Positions 62,921 through 64,000 of a DNA stretch of 64,000 nucleotides are shown here, in pieces. The notes beneath the pieces are model-generated. The model had not been told where the DNA came from and ran no database searches. It saw nothing but the letters and a program-made list of their open reading frames with translations. The stretch is from assembly GCF_004010195.1 (NCBI RefSeq), contig NC_057726.1, positions 61,834,335-61,898,334 of the forward strand, given 5' to 3'. Position 1 is the first letter of the stretch; every line of letters begins with the position of its first letter. The position numbers and the translations under genes are program-made. The stretch is from Chiloscyllium plagiosum (lineage: Eukaryota).

Positions 62921-63920
62921 AAAAGAAATACAAATGTGCACATGTTCTAGTTTGCCTAAATGAGCTGTTCCTGTACTGTAGCATGCCATGTTGGCTTTTC
63001 TATTGGGATCTTTTCTACAGTAATATATGCCAGATTTTGAAATTAGTAATGATTATTTTTGTTGAAACATATTCCAGGGGGAAAATGCTAGAATTATTCG
63101 TTTTTTTAATCCCAGAAAATTCAGCAATATAAAATAGAATAATACAATGGTTACAGAATAATGGCCATTCATCTTTGATGTCAGTGCCAGCTCTCTGCAA
63201 TAGAAATTCTCACTACCCTCCCCTGTCAGGCCTGCAATGCTTTTGTTTCTACAAATTGAAACAAATTAAATTATATACTCCATGCAAACAGCTAACATTG
63301 TGATTATCATTCTCCCTTTTCAGTTAAGAAATAATTGTGCTAAAGTAACCTGTCAGTTAGCCTGAACAATGGTTTTCACAAAACACTTCAAATAAATTCA
63401 ATTATATTATGAGTGGATATTCTCTGTGAACATTTTCACAGGCACCATTGGATAGTCATTTGAAACATGACTCATTTAACTTTCCCTACTTAGTCTCAGA
63501 GATATTTGTAATCAACCTGTTCAGAGATGTCATGACATTACTCTGGAGAAGGCAGGACTTGAACACTGGCCAATTATAATCCTACAAAGTGGCACAAATT
63601 AATCCAATGCAGACCAAAGATTGAACCAGCAAATAAATATTCGCTCAGTACATTCTTGTATAATCCACGTTTTTGTACGCATTCGTATTACACTGCAGTG
63701 TGATGCAAATACCCCAAGTTTCTATTTAATGTTCTGTCAGAATTTTTGCAACACCCAGGCTCTGAAAAGTAATTCACAATCATATCCAAAACAGCAGATT
63801 CTATGAAGCAATTGTTAGATAAAGAACAACTACACTGATGTTAAACAGTGCCCAAGGAAATGTACACTATATACGCTCTAACTTGGAAATTAAGAAGCCT
63901 TTTTTTTTATTGTTCTATAG

Positions 63921-64000
63921 CTTCTCCGCATCCTCTGAAAATTATTCCGAAGTTTTCTGCAACTGGCACTCTAACGTGTATATGTAAAACGTCTGGGTTC
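63921..64000 (+). CDS. IgSF VJ-C1 gene exon 3, start of C1-set domain (truncated by window end)
   Basis: Strong acceptor ttttttttattgttctatag|; phase 1 matches the V exon and gives ASPHPLKIIPKFSATGTLTCICKTSGF, i.e. the C1 B-strand CxxxGF(YP) motif. Confidence 0.8.

Overview
Eukaryotic genomic DNA, inferred to be from a shark because of HE1-type V-SINEs and abundant CR1 and Penelope-like repeats. Two + strand genes are supported. (1) A complete 13-exon OGFOD1 (ribosomal prolyl 3-hydroxylase), CDS 7593-41966. All introns are GT-AG, exon phases are mutually consistent, and the 1641-nt CDS gives 546 aa with the Fe(II)/2OG ligands intact. (2) The 5' part of a non-rearranging antigen-receptor-like IgSF gene: leader exon 54529-54583, a germline-joined VJ-type exon 54861-55163, and a C1-set exon starting at 63921 that runs off the window. 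Most of the remainder is decayed retroelements. The most striking repeat pattern is a recurrent class of small Penelope-derived insertions carrying minimal hammerhead-ribozyme motifs. Many are fold-back (inverted-repeat) units flanked by 12-16 bp target-site duplications. The largest (52759-54208) lies just upstream of the IgSF gene and another sits at the branch-point region of OGFOD1 exon 8. Also present are a near-identical local inverted duplication (48458-49713) and a TTAA-flanked palindromic MITE next to a possible piggyBac fossil. Family assignments come from recognised motifs, not database searches, and repeat boundaries are approximate unless a TSD is quoted.
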